Assembly: GCF_006345805.1 (NCBI RefSeq) | Contig: NC_042999.1 | Span: forward strand, 107,694,001-107,758,000 | Direction: 5' to 3' | DNA: 64,000 bases | Source: Octopus sinensis | Taxonomy: Eukaryota | In this document: one piece after another, positions 24,291 through 38,940 of the stretch | Position numbering within the stretch: the stretch's first letter is position 1 | How the letters are laid out: each line of letters starts with the position of its first letter | Notes under the pieces: generated by a model | The model's input: the letters and a program-made list of their open reading frames with translations, nothing else | The model's database searches: none | What the model was told of the DNA's origin: nothing | Translations under genes and position numbers: made by a program

Positions 24291-25817
24291 TTCACTATAT
24301 GTCAGATTTGTGGTTCAATTCCCATAAGATGACTTTATATATATATAAATACAAACTTTTTACCCTTGTTACCAATTCAAATATACTTGGGACATATTGG
24401 AAACCTTAAGAAAGCCATTTGCTGTATTTTATCATGAAGAAAATTTCTCCTTGTAGACAAATAAGTGTAAACACACCAAATCAGTTCAAAGTGCCCTCTA
24501 ACTGATGGATGTGTAGTGAGTCATGGAGGTGCTATTTTGTTGCCACAGATTAGCACAGTTGTGCTTTGGCAACTGCAGCCAATCAGAGCTGGTTGCATAC
24601 AGCGGCATCTGTCCAGAAAGGAAGTCTGTTCCAGTCAGTCAGCGAGCAGTTAGCAGAAGACTTCAACAAGAGTACAGCTATTTTCAGTGAGACTTCGGAA
24701 GGACATCACACCCGATGGCATTACTTCAACATGAACAGCTGTATTATTTCAGCAACTTAACACTGTAAACTTCAGGATTACATTAAGCTTACACAGCAAA
24801 TCCAATTATTCCCTATGGACAGAACCTGCCTGTTTATCACAGTATGCTTCTACCCATTTGTGTAATAGTAAGTCCAATGGCCTTCCTTGACTCACTACAT
24901 ACAACAATTGTCTACTCTAATTGTAACACAAATAAATTAGGATGTTTGTTCTAATATAGCCTTCTGATGTATTTTCTCAATGCCTCAAAGATGCAACTGT
25001 TTCACTGACTTCTACATTGTGTATTCATTTGGTAACATGCTAAAATTGGTAATAATACTTTACTCAAGTGACATTCTTGCATAGTTACATCCAAGCACAG
25101 AAACAACAAGCCTGTAGATGCATGCATTTTGGAGTGTTTATCTCCTCTTCAGTATCAGATACTGGAAAGGGGACGTGTATATGAAATTTTTGTGCACGTG
25201 TGTGTGTGCATGTGTGTAGGTATGTATATATGTACATGTATATGTACATGTGTATGGTTGCATATGCATGTGGGTGTACGTACAAATGTAAGTGAACATA
25301 TTCATATATAGCATGTACGTATTTTAAACATGCATTTCAATATAACTGCGCATGTATGGGTATGAGCACATGTGTGTGTGTGCATGCATACATGTGTGTG
25401 GATTTGTATACATGTACATGCATGGTTGCATATATATGTGCATCTATTTGGCATATGTGTAGGTGCGCATGTGTGTTTCATGCGAGTCTGAGTGAGCATA
25501 TGCATATAAGCACATGTATGTGGGTGTGCATACATGCATGTGTATGTATGCATGTACACGATTGCTATGAGCATTTTTACTTCTTTACTTTTTACATTTT
25601 ACTTCGGTTTTTTTCCCTTAGTTAACTGTCATTCTAATAGTTCTTTTGTCTTAGTAACAGTCATTTACATAGTAATTTCCCTTTGTTTAATGGTAATTTT
25701 CATAGCATATTTTGATTGCCTCAATAACTGAAGAGATGCTGATGCAGGTTTCCGCCCCAACATCCAAAACTCAGAGTTCTATTATGGCAACTGAAAATAA
25801 TTGTCACATATTATATT

Positions 25818-25944
<127 letters not shown>

Positions 25945-26875
25945 GTGTATGTATGTATATATGTGTGAATGTATACACATGTATGCATATGCGTGTGTAT
26001 ATTTGCATGTACTCCTGTCTTGACATCACATAATGATTATAAATGAGCATTGTCATCATACAAGCCAGGCTGTTTGTTTCCAGTCTTTCATGAAAAAAAA
26101 TCTCTCACTTAGAAACAGGAGAGTATTGCCAACAGGAAGAGCATCCAGGTGAAGAAAATTTACCTCAGTCAATTCCATATGACACGTGAAAGCCTGGAAA
26201 AGTGGACATTAAATGATGATGATAATCATGATGATAACGATGATAATGAGTATGACAAAGACATGTTCTTTTTTTATTGTGAGTTAGTTGGCAACCTCAC
26301 TAATGTCAGTACCATGAAAAAAACACCAAGTACACTCTGGAAAGGGGCTAGCATTAGGAAGAGCATCCAGTCATAGAAACCAACCTGAAGTAGATACTGG
26401 AACTTAATGCAGGTTGTTGGATCCTATCAAATCATGCAAACCATACCAGATGGATAATAAATAATGATGATGATGATGATGATGATGATTACGAAGACCA
26501 CAATGACAATGACAATGATAATGATGATGATGATAATGATTTCAACCAACACAAGATTTGATATTGTTCTAACTTTATAGATGATACAGCATTTATAATT
26601 TTTGTTTTGCTCTTGAGATGTATGGAGAGAGAGGTTAAAATGAAAACATAACAGCCTCTTGTAATTTCCATTACTCCTATATTTGGAATGGTAAAAGCAG
26701 CTTAGCAGCTTTACTTGCAGCGAAGGAGAAAAATAGCCTAATATGATATCCGTTTGCAACCTGTAACTATTTACTCGCAAGTTAATGTTGAAATTTAAAG
26801 AATCTTCCTGTCTTGTTCACAAGTTAAAATCTGGATGAGTAGTTTTCTCTTAGAGAGAGAAAGAGAAGGGAATTG

Positions 26876-26913
<38 letters not shown>

Positions 26914-28515
26914 TGACAGGAAACATTACCGCTAATTTCATCTTAAATCTCATGGCTACTATTCACGTTAATTGATTTCCTTTCAGTGGACAAAACATGA
27001 GGCCAAATTTTGCAGAGGAAGCCAAATGTATGTAGACATGGCCATGTGGTTAAGAAATTTGTGTTACAATAACTTGGTTATGTGCTTTATTCTACTAACT
27101 AATTTGGTACCTTAGTTAAGTGCCTACTACCATAGTCTAATGCAATTAGTTGAAGTGGTGCATGAAGAAATAGCTGTTGCTGCTTTTCGTGTTTTGTTGT
27201 TTAGTCACAGATCAACTCTGATTAACTAAATCCATGACCAAAGGTATTTGCATCCTATATTTTACTCAAACACAGTGTATCTAGGACTATATTATCCAAA
27301 TGGTCCTTTCTAACAGAAGCATTTTGGCAACTCTTTCTAACAGGTCAAGCAACCAAATAGAGGCTCCCTTCATTGGACCTGGCATTTTCGCTGGCTGTTA
27401 TTTTTGTCTTAGGAGTATCAGTAGTAATACTTGTGGTTGTTTTATTTTTGTTGTCTTTCTTGATGTTGTAGCAAGTCAGCTAACTTCTTGATGGAATAAT
27501 CACTTCTGTGTTAACCTCAAGGCCAGCAAAGTAGAAGGTAGCGGTCACAGCCAATTGAATTACTAGCACTTTATTTTATAGACCCTGAAAGAATGAAAGG
27601 TAAAGTTGACCCAGTAAAATCTGAATTCAGAATGTAAAGAATCAAAATAGATACTGCAAATCGGTTTTTCTGATACACTAATGATTCTACCATCTTGCCA
27701 TTAGATCACTCCTATTGTAACCATAGGAGTAATTTAGTTCTGGTTCTTCCTTTGTTATTTAAGAAATAAATTGGAGAAGTCATTGAAATACCTTACACTA
27801 GTTTTTTCCAGAATCTTAAGATCTGTGTTCGAATCTTGTCAAGAACAACTTTGCTTATCATTCTTCAAGGATTGATGCAAAAAAAACTTCAAATAAGTGC
27901 AATGGCTAATGGAATCAGACAGAATGCTTTGCAATATATATTTTGTGTGAACACACATTGACATCAGAGATTAATAATAACAAAATTGTAAAACAATGCA
28001 GACAGCCATGTCTGTATGGCGAGTAACTTGCTTTCAAACCACAATATTCGTCCCAACTCTTAGAGTTCTAAGTTCAAATCCTGCATTATGCCACATGGGT
28101 TGTAGACATGATCCACTGGCAGTTTAACATTAACACCTTTTTCTTGTGTACCTTTTGTGGAGTCCACTCTGTTACAAGCATTTTGGCCAGATTTCCAATT
28201 TGAGAATAACTTTCTCTCTCTCACCACTACTCTCCTGCAGTCTTGGAGGCCCTGTAAAGGGTCATAGATACTGCCTTTCTTCCTGGTTAATTGACAAAAA
28301 TCATTAACAAGCGAATCTAATAGGTACAGGCATGGCTATGTGGTAAAAAGTTTGATTCCCAGCCACATGCTATCAGGTTCAGTTCCACTGCATGAGCAAG
28401 TTTATTCTAACAGTTTAACCTGAAAGATGCTTGTCATGTGCGTATCCAACCCATGCAAGCATGGAAAAGTGGACTTCAAAATAATTACAATGATGATCCA
28501 CAATTAAAGGCATTA

Positions 28516-28892
28516 AGCTTTGCTTATGAACCACGTGGTTCCGGGTTCAGTCCCACTGCATGGCACCTTGGGCAAGTGTCTTCTACTATAGCCTCGGGCT
28601 GACCAAAGCCTTGTGAGTGAATTTGATAGATGGAAACTGAAAGAAGTCCATCGTATATATGTATACATATATATGTATGTGTGTGTGCCTGTGTTTGTCC
28701 CCACCAATATCACTTGACAACCGATGCTGGTGTGTTTACATCCCTGTAACTTAGTGGTTTGGCAAAAGAGACCGATAGAATAAGTACTAGGCTTACAAAG
28801 AATAAGTCTCGAGGTCAATTTGCTTGACTAAAGGCGGTGCTCCAGCATGGCCACAGTCAAATGACTGAAACAAGTAAAAGAGTAAAAGAGTA
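28516..28892 (+). mobile_element. SINE, family A (head slightly truncated)
   Basis: ggttccgggttcagtcccactgc through ggcggtgctccagcatggccacagtcaaatgactgaaacaagtaaaagag. Confidence 0.9.
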
Positions 28893-29179
28893 CCATATGG
28901 AGGTTGATGATATTGCTGCTATCTCAAGCAGGTCTAGCAACTTCATAGCAGCACCCTGACTGATTCCTTGATGGTATTGTTGCTGTTTGATATGAGCACA
29001 ATCTTGATCAACTAAAAATATGATCAAACACCTCCTTTCTTTTTAGGTTGGTATAGATCTTCATTGTCTAATGTGTCATGTTCCTACAGAGATTTTTAGG
29101 TAATAATTTGAAGAAGATTTCACTGCTGTTTCTAGCAGGGCAAGTGACCACATAAAGAAATCCTTGTAAGTGGTGGAAA

Positions 29180-29720
29180 TGATAGTATCCAATGCTGCAA
29201 ATGTGGCACTGGCAGTAATTATGGTGGTGGTACCATTGCAATTACGGCAGTGGAAGTAGCTACAGCAATGATAATAGCAGTGGCAGCGGTAACAGTGCCA
29301 GTAGTGGTTGTTGTTGTTGTTGTTGTGGTGGTGGTGGTGGCGGTGGCGGTGGTGGTGGTGGTGGTGGTGGTGGCGGTGTTGGCGGCGGCAGCAGCAGCGG
29401 CAGTGGTGACTGCAGTGATGGTAGTGGTTGTGGTGGTGGTAGTGGTGGTGGTGTTGGTGGTGGTGGAGGAGGAAGAATTGGTGGTGACAGCAGCAATGGA
29501 ATTGACAATGCAGTCAGTAGTGGTTTGTGGTGGTGGTAGTGGTGATGGTGGAGATGGTGATGGTAGTGATGGTGATGGTGGTGATGGTGGTATTTGCAGG
29601 GGTGGTGTTGTTGGTGGTGCTGGTGCTGGTACTGATGGTGCTGGTGCTGGTACTGATGGTGCTGGTGACCATCGCCGTCATTATTGTATGGTGGTGGAGG
29701 CAGTGGTGGTCAATATTGTT
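29180..29720. repeat. (GGT)/(GTT)/(GCA) low-complexity tract
   Basis: Direct reading. Confidence 0.95.
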
Positions 29721-30711
29721 TCAATCTCTATCGAAATTTAATCACTTTTGGGAAATTTAATCTCTTGTATGAAATTTAATAAAATATAAATTCATTTATT
29801 TTTTTCTTTTTATTTTTTAATACTTTTTATTAGGGATCCAAACTGCAGGGTCTTTAGAAGATTTCCAAGATTCTGAAATATTCAGCACGCATGCAAGAGC
29901 ACAATGTCTTCTGTACACTAGTATATTAATAAACATAGTACACATATACATATATACATACATACAGGCATATATATATGCATACATACACACACGCATA
30001 CATAAAATATATATATATACACGCACATATATAGATATATATATATACATGCATACATACGCACATACATATATACATATGTGTACATGCACACTCACAC
30101 ACATATATATATATATATATGCATGCATGTAAATTTATGTATATATATATGAATATATGGGAACATACATAAGTGCATGCACACATATGTGTATATACGT
30201 ATATATACACACATATATGTATATTCATATATATTCATACGTAACTGCACACATACATAATCGTACACACACATGCCTACATGCATTTGCACATACATGC
30301 ACATGCAATCATACATTGACACACACACATACACACACATGCACAGAAGTAAAGCCAAACAGCTCATTAATTGGACAGCTTGTAACAGTATACTGTTATG
30401 TACAAAACAAATTGGGTGCTAGCCATAAGTGTATATTTGGATTAGATTACGATTATAAGCAGAAATACTCAAACATGTGTATGTGTGTGTGTGTCTGCAT
30501 GCATGTGTTTGTATGTGTGTGTGCGCGCATGCACATGTGTGTGTATCCTGTGAGTTTTTCAGGTTTTCGAATATGAAGCATGTTATATCGATGGACTATT
30601 TGTGAGATACTCTCTTCATACTCACAATTTTGCCAAGCAATTTCCATACAAAAACTATTATGCAAACTTTCACTCTAAAATATATATCAAATGGGGCAGA
30701 GTCTTGGAAGT

Positions 30712-30828
30712 GCTTACATCAGTTTCACATTGAAAGCATCAGTCCTTATGTAATAGTCAAAGTTAAGCAACATCTAACCTAGATAGTACTTAGATAGGTG
30801 ACCACTTATTAAACCTAAGTGCTCTGAG
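30712..30828 (+). pseudogene. Highly diverged 5S rRNA pseudogene
   Basis: gcttac..cacattgaaagcatc..aagttaagcaacatctaacctagatagtacttagataggtgacc aligns with 60139-60245 and with the 5S A-box, intermediate element and C-box. Confidence 0.75.
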
Positions 30829-31020
30829 GACAAACATTAGTTTATGCACAGGCATAGCTGCATGGTTAAAAAGTTTGCTTTGAAACCATGTGGTTTTAGG
30901 TTCAACCCCACTGCATGCTACGTAAGGCAAGATCCTTCTAATCATGGGCTAATCATTGCTTTGCACATGAATTTGGTAGAAGAAAACTTCACTTGCATAT
31001 ACATATATATAAATATATAT

Positions 31021-31022
<2 letters not shown>

Positions 31023-31105
<83 letters not shown>

Positions 31106-31126
31106 CAGATAGACAGACAGATAGAC

Positions 31127-31200
<74 letters not shown>

Positions 31201-31285
31201 ATAAGTAGACAGGCAGACAGACAGATAGATAAGTAGATAGACAGACAGACAGATCGATAGATCAATAGATAGATAAATAAGCAAA
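31023..31285. repeat. (GATA)n/(GACA) microsatellite
   Basis: Direct reading. Confidence 0.98.
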
Positions 31286-32023
31286 TAATAGAAGATGGAT
31301 TATAGTGAACCACAATCCATCTGCTGTTATTTGTTTATCCTTCACCTAACTCAGAACCTGGAATTCTTTTGGATTGCAATAGGTGCAGTGAGTGCACCCA
31401 TGTGTGACCTTGATGACTTGTGTATTTTGTCAGCCATTACATGAACATATGCATAACCAGACTACAGGTCTTTGTTTACAAAGTAAGTACGTTTTGTCCT
31501 TAAATATTGTCTGTACATGATAACACTATCACCGACCTCACCTTGGTGCTTCCATTATTTAAGTACCTGATTCTCTTGAATCCTGGAAATTTTATATATA
31601 TATATATATATATATATGCTAGTTACAAGGAAGAAATTCTATAAATAGACAATATGGGTGTACATACATACATACAGACATACATATACATATGTATTTG
31701 CTTTGCTTTACATATATACATTTACAAATACATATACATACATACATATGCGTGAGGAGATAGACAAACAGACAGACAGATAGAAAGATATGTGTAAGTG
31801 TGTGTTTGTGTGGCTGTGTGGCTGTGTGTCTGTTATGTCCCCATAATTTTGGCAACTTAGCAATGGACAAAATGCTTTTGCTTTGCAGTATTTCTTCCGA
31901 CTTCTTATCTTTCATACTTTCAATAAAATAAAGTTCCAATCAAATTCTAGAATCAATTGTATCAGCTTACACCCCATCCTTAAATTACAAGCCTTATACC
32001 TATACTAAAACAATTATTAAGAG

Positions 32024-32870
32024 TGGTGGGGTTGGCAGAAACACTAGAGCATTGGATGAAGTGTTTTGCAGATTTTTCTTCTGACTCTTTACATTCTGAG
32101 TTCAAATTCCACTGAAGTCATATTTATCTTTCATCTCTCTAGAACCAATAAAATAAAATACTAGTCAAATAATCACCTGGCCTATCTTCCTTCAAAATTG
32201 CTGGCCTTAGGCCTAAACCAGAAACAATTAAATGTGGCAGACTGGTAGAATCATTATAGCTTTCCTCATTTTCTTACAGTTCTTTTCATTATGAGTTCAA
32301 ATTCCACTTAAATCAGCTTTGCCTTTCATTCTTTCAGAGGTGAGAAAATAAACCAAACTCTTGTGTCAAAGGAATTGACTGACTCCTGTTCCTTCAAAGT
32401 TCATACCAAAAGAGGTGGAATGGCAGGATTATTAGGGCTTCAGGAAAAATGCTCAGGCTCTTTGTAGTCTGAATTTAAATCTTGCCAAAGTCAACTATGC
32501 CTTATATCCATTCAAGAATCAATAGACTAAAGTACGAGTCATGTCTCGGTATTCCCTCAAAAATTGCAGGCCTTATGCCTCATTAGCATGCTTGGAAAAA
32601 TGCATAGCAACATGTCTACCAACTTTAAATATTGAGTTCCAATGCTGTTAAGGTCAACTTTGCATTTCATTCTTTCATGTTCAACAAAATAAGTACCATT
32701 TGACCTCTGGGGTCGATGTAATTGATGTACCCCTCTCTTCAAAACTGCTGGCCTTGTGCCAAAATCTTAAAGAATTATTATTGTTTTTGTTGTTGTTGCT
32801 GTTGTTTTATTATTATTGTTATTATTTTTCCTCTTCTTCATTTTTTTTCTTTTTCTTCTTCTTCTTTATC

Positions 32871-32914
<44 letters not shown>

Positions 32915-32941
32915 AGCAGCAGCAGCAGCAGTAGCAGTAAC

Positions 32942-32981
<40 letters not shown>

Positions 32982-33390
32982 AGGTAGTTGATTGCAAAAA
33001 AATCACAGCACACTGGGAAAATGCTTTGTGGTAATTAGTTACAGCCTTTACAATATCCTTTCGAATTCTGCCAGGATCAATAACACTGCCTTTCATCACT
33101 CTCAGAGTAAAGATTAATAAAATGAATACCAATCAAGTATTAATAGTTTGTTAAGTTGACTATATACACACCCCACAGCACACCACACACACACACATAC
33201 ACACTAAAATTTATGTAGTCTTGAACCAATGTTATTAACCAACATTTCGTGTTTTGTAATACGTAGTTGCACTCCTTTACATTTTGAGTTCAAACCCTTC
33301 AGAGGTTAACTTTGCCTTTCAGCTTTCTGGTGAATAAAGAAATCAATAAAATAAATAGCAGTGACACACTAGAGGAGAAATTTATTAGAT
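32024..33390 (+). mobile_element. Cluster of about 6 same-orientation degraded family B SINEs
   Basis: B-box-region variants (gagttcaaattcc, gaatttaaatc, gagttccaatg, ttcgaattc, gagttcaaacc) near 32100, 32293, 32470, 32633, 33060 and 33287, each followed by a tgcctttcat-like motif. Confidence 0.7.
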
Positions 33391-33758
33391 CCTTTCAGAC
33401 ACTGTGAGATCAATGCAGTTGATGTTATGGTTATGACAAGCGGGATGTGGGTTGGTATCCTGAAAGTCTTGGTCAGTTCTTAGAGAAATAGCCAAGTGAA
33501 ATGCTTTGATTCAATATTTCTTCTTTCTAGAAAGATGGAATGGTGAGACATAGTTACAATAATGAGAAGAAAATAGATTGTTGTTGTTGTCGTCGTCGTC
33601 GTTGTCGTTGTTGTTATTGTTGTTTTTGCAAGAAGCTGGTCTATTTCCATATGGAAATATGAAAGCATAACACAAGATCCCTTCAGAAACAGATTCAACA
33701 ACCACAACTCTTTGTTTAATATCCAAGTGAGATAAAAATCTTACACATCCAGAGATTA

Positions 33759-33797
<39 letters not shown>

Positions 33798-33879
33798 ACA
33801 TTGAAGGAAAATTCTGTGCATAGGCATAGAAGTGGCTGTGTGGTAAGTAGCTTGCTAACTCACACATGCACATTGCTGT

Positions 33880-34720
33880 TGCTTCTTACAGAGAACCGAG
33901 GTGGATGTGAGTGGAGTGTGTTGGCTCTGTCCAATATTGAACTGAAAGAAAAAAGAACAACATCAGCATAAGGCCATTGAGGTAGGTGGTTTTGTTTTCA
34001 TTTGACCTGGGTGTAAATTTGTCAACTAGTAATCGTTTGTTTGTTGATAAATTTCGCCCAGCTCCATGGCAATTCTATGTACTGTTTGCAGCTGCTGTTT
34101 GTTGCTTTGTTGCATAGGAAAAAAAGAAAAAAAAACGTGGTGGGGGCGTATTCTCGCCCAAACTTACTGGATTTTGCCATTGGAATTTGTTGGATTACCA
34201 TTGAACCTAGGAAGTTGGCCAGGAGTACCTGTTGGCCATTGATGTTTGCTGTGTGAATTGTTTTTCTTTTCTCTATCCTTCTGTCTTTTTCCTTTCTTTC
34301 GGGAACTGTTTTTGCATTTCATTTGGATTTTATTTTTCATTTATTTTTTGGACTGATATGTTTATTTCTTTTTGGACTTCCTGTTAATTTATTTGGATTT
34401 TCTGTTTTGTTTTGAACTGATTCTTAACATGGCAAATACAAAAAGGTGCCTTAGAGTGGGAGGTTATTCCACCTAAGCAATGGATTAAAAACCTTGAGAA
34501 GAGGACGATGGTACTACAAACCTATTCAAGGTCGCGTGATGCCATCGCCCTCTTCAACAAGGGTATTATTAATAAAGAGCTGGCAAAATGTTTGCCAGCT
34601 AAAAATTATTACGTAACCGGGGGTGTCAAATGTGCCATGGTGTGGCTGCTTTTTGACACCCCTGAGGAGGCTTGCACTCTGGCAGGCCAGCCCCTGGAAG
34701 GAGAGGAGATTTTGTTTTTG
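33880..34720 (+). mobile_element. Probable 5' end (5' UTR plus ORF1 start) of an L1/Tx1-type LINE
   Basis: ATG at 34429; after a frameshift the frame reads WEVIPPKQW..RTMVLQTYSRSRDAIALF..YVTGGVKCAMVWLLFDTPEEA, whose end is RRM beta3/alpha2-like; no ORF2 follows. Clade assignment is from memory. Confidence 0.4.
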
Positions 34721-34930
34721 GAATTTTTATACTTCTATTTAATTACTGTATATTAATTTTTCTTGATTTTAAATTGAACAGTGTTTTTGAGGGGTTATCG
34801 GTCGGCAGATGCCGGTGCCCCTCCCATTTTTATTCATTTTTATCATTATCATTCTCATCACATTAATGTCTTTGTCCAGCCTGCAGCTACTTATCTATGT
34901 ACGGCTTTCATGGCCATTTTGATGAATAAA

Positions 34931-35085
34931 AGTAGATTGCTTACCAACCACATGATTCCTGGTTCAGTCCCACTGCATGGCACCTTGGGCAAGTGTCTTT
35001 TACTATTGCCTCAGGCTGACCAAAGCCTTGTGAGCGCATTTGGTAGACGGAAACTGAAAGACGCCTGTTGTATATATGTATGTGT

Positions 35086-35127
<42 letters not shown>

Positions 35128-35352
35128 GTACGTGAGCGTATATATTTGTGTGTCTGTATTTTCCCACCAACATCGCTTGACAACCGATGATGGTGTGCTT
35201 ACATCCCCATAACTTAGCGGTGCAGCAGAAGAGACTGATAGAATAAGTACTAGGCTTACAAAAAATAAGTCCTGGGGTCAATTTGCTTGACTAAAGGCGG
35301 TGCCCCAGCATGGCTACAGTCAAATGACTGAAACAAGTAAAAGAGTAAAAGA
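34931..35352 (+). mobile_element. SINE, family A
   Basis: Complete body and (aaagag) tail. Confidence 0.9.
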
Positions 35353-36745
35353 GAGAAAAAAGAGTATTACAAGTGGAGGATACTTGGAAAGTGAAAAGTT
35401 TATTTATACAGCTGTATGATGAGCAAACGTCCTGAGAAAAGAATCGTCCTGAAGAACTCCCTTCACCCAGGCACCAACCTAAATAGTAAAAGTATGGGGT
35501 TTTTGCTCCTGCCCTCAGGACCTCAGGTATATTTTAGCAACCTGGCCCATCTGCACTATAATTATAAACACTGGATCTTCTCCCACATGTGTCTCTCCTT
35601 ACTGCAATCTGAGAATCTGATAAATTAATATGTGATTTACCACACTTAACTTTGATATATACAAGCACGTATACACACACGTGTATACATGTGTATACAT
35701 GACCACATATGATTTTAAAATTTACCTCCCCCAACATACCCCATTCCCAATTTCTACTGTCCTACTCCAACTCTACTCAAAACCATCCTCACGCCACCCT
35801 ACCTTCACCCCAACCCCAACTCCCACCTTACAAGCAAATTTCTTGTATATTGGATAACAATTTTTACTCCTCATTCAGGGGACAGAATTCCAGTGAACTT
35901 AATATTATTTCTTCTTGCATTTGACATGGGAGATTTCTTCCACAAATTTCATTCCAGCTCTTTTACAAGAACTGTAAGACTTTCGGCCAAGGTGCATCAT
36001 GGTGGTGGCGTTGCTGGGAAATCATCTTAAGACTATATACTGTGGAGCAAACTCTTTAATGACATTGTTACACCTGGTTTTCATATTCATGAGAAAAATC
36101 ATTTCATTCAAACTTAATATCCAGGTCCCAGCAGCTACAGATAATTACTTTAGAGAAGTACAGATTATTTTTGTAAGCTACAAGAAAATTTTATGCAGAT
36201 ACGAATTCCATTGACTTACATCTGTGAGTTCAAATTCTATTGTAGTTTAATATGGAAAGACAATTTCCTAAAGACAACAAAGCTAATTATCCATTGGCCA
36301 AAACAAGCAATTTATTTATCTAAGTGAAACAGTTGCATCTGAAGTAACTAGTTATGATCTGCATCAGCGAATTTATTTATCTGTCTGACATGAAATAAAT
36401 AAATATTGATTTCTCACATTGGCTCAATGCCATAAATTTAAAAGGAAAGAGTTTAGTCAATTGAATGAATATATTCCAGTGCATTCTGAGTACATATATT
36501 TTAATCAAGTCCAGAAGGATAAAAGGCAAATTTGATCCTCACGGGGTTGGAACTCATAACATGGTAACTAGAACACATAACAGGGAGAAACTAAATGCAG
36601 TGAAACTTTTGTTCCAGTGATCGGCTTATTACAACCATTCCACTACCATCAGAAATAAATATTGATTGATGAAGAAATATTGATTGATGATTGATAGTTC
36701 AAGTACACATACATATAAAGTTAAACATATTGATAATGAATGAAC

Positions 36746-36788
<43 letters not shown>

Positions 36789-37751
36789 AAAGACTGAAAG
36801 AAAGTCAGGTTTGGAAAGAAAGAGAGAAAGAAACTCTATTAGACAAAACTAGGTAGGGAATTACTATTTTGAAATAAATTTGGTATAGCCTAGGGCTAGA
36901 ACTTTTACTCCTCTCCCTACCACCAGCTTCACACAACTCCAACCTAGATAATTTAATTCAGACAAGACTAGACGAGAGCAACACAAATAGCATTTAATTG
37001 GTTGCAAGATTGAAGTTAAGTGCATTTGTTTAACATAGTGTAGAACATTTGCATCATGGATTCTAATCTTTATATTGTTATACGGGTTATAGTCACTGGA
37101 GCATGGTCAATCTGGAACATGGTCAATCTGGAGCAATAACTTCAAGGGTTTTACTTATGTAAATCGAATTCACTCATTTTCTATTACTTATTTTATCAAA
37201 CTGATAAGAGAAGCAATGCATAGTAAGACCTGGCATTAAACAGGGACATAATTAGGTAGAAACACCACAAGGCATTTTTGCTTTACACAACACACACAAA
37301 TATATACACATGTATATGCAAAAATATATACATATATATATATATGCATATGTATATATGCACACATAGACACACACACATATATGCATATATGTGCATA
37401 TGCATGTGAGTGTTTACAAACTTATATATACATATATATAAATATATATGTTCAATATATATATACACAAACATACAAACATATGTTTGTATGTATTATA
37501 TATATGAAAGTGCAGGTGGAGGTGTGTGGAAAGAAGTTTACTTCCCAAACACATGGGCCCAGGTTCAGTTTCACTGTGTGGCACCTTGAATTGATCAAAG
37601 TGTTGTGAGTAGATTTGGTAGAAAGAAACTGAAAGAAGTCCATCATTGGTATATATACATATACATATACATATATTTATCTGGATGAATTCATCTTCGT
37701 CCTTTAATAGGATATTTTTCCATAGATTTCTAATGTGTTTTCCTCATACAT

Positions 37752-38166
37752 TTTACTTTCTTTTACTCTCTTTTACTTGTTTCAGTCATTTGACTGTGGC
37801 CATGCTAGAGCACCACCTTTAGTCAAGCAAATCGACCCCAGGACTTATTCTTTGTAAGCCCAGTACTTATTCTATCAGCCTGTTTTGCCGAACCACTAAG
37901 TTAATGGGTCATAAACACACAAGCATTGGTTGTCAAGCAATGTTTGGGGGGATAAACACTGACACACAAACATATATACACACATACACATATATATATA
38001 CATATATGTGATGGGCTTCTTTCAGTTTCTGTCTACCAAATCCACTCACAAGGCTTTGGTCGACCCGAGGCTATAGTAGAAGATACTTGCCCAAGGTGCC
38101 ACGCAGTGGAACTGAACCCGAAACCATGTGGTTCATAAGCAAGCTACTTACCACACAGCCACTCCT
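37752..38166 (-). mobile_element. Full-length SINE, family A
   Basis: Near-identical to the other family A copies. Confidence 0.9.
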
Positions 38167-38704
38167 ATGTCATTATTTACAAATTTCTAAAATATGTATA
38201 GGTATAAAAGTATGTAAAGAAATAATCGATATCAGACTTAAGTTATTAAACAAAGTTTAAGAAATTTCATCAAATAAATGAAATGAAGTAGATTGGATAT
38301 TAAAATGGATTATGGTTTTATTTCATATTCCCAGATACAGTTTTGGACAAAAGGACCAAGATTTCCATAAAGAGAACATCATAAAGGTCAAATTTGTACT
38401 CTTCAGTAGGTGAGATGTAAAGTAAAATAAACATAAACAAAAAGACGTTTAAAATATACATAGAATTTTTTCTTAGTTATTATTATTATTTAGGTATTTG
38501 TATATTCATTCTTCCACTCACAATTATTTGAATCAAGACTAAAAACATTAAAGGACTTCGCTGGTTAAATATCTAATAGGTTATATTTAAAAATGTTAAA
38601 TTCATATTTAAAAATTTGTTAACCATCTTCTGACATTTCTACTATGTTTTTAAGTAAATAGGAAGCTAGTACTAGCATGTGAGATTGATTATATGTATGT
38701 ATAT

Positions 38705-38940
38705 ATATATTTGTGTGTGTGTCTGTTTTTATTTTTGTTCTCTACCATCACCACTACTTAACAACTGGTATTGGTGTGTTTTCATACCTGTAACTTAATG
38801 AGTCAGCAAAAGAGACCAATAGAATATGTAGGTACCAGGTTTTAACACATGAGTACTGGGATCGATTCATTCAACTAAAATTCTTCAAGATATTGCCCCA
38901 AAATGGCCACAGTCTAATGACTGAAACAAGTAAAAGATTA
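38705..38940 (+). mobile_element. 3' half of a SINE family A variant
   Basis: cagcaaaagagaccaatagaat..atggccacagtctaatgactgaaacaagtaaaagat. Confidence 0.75.

Noticed and set aside
24480-25110. GC-richer segment as an exon or classifiable transposon
   Set aside because: No long frame, TIR, TSD or tail could be established; probably a repeat but unclassifiable by eye.
31355-31482. Exon with a good acceptor and a gtaagt donor
   Set aside because: All three frames are closed across the 128 nt; the shorter alternatives cannot be chosen without RNA data.
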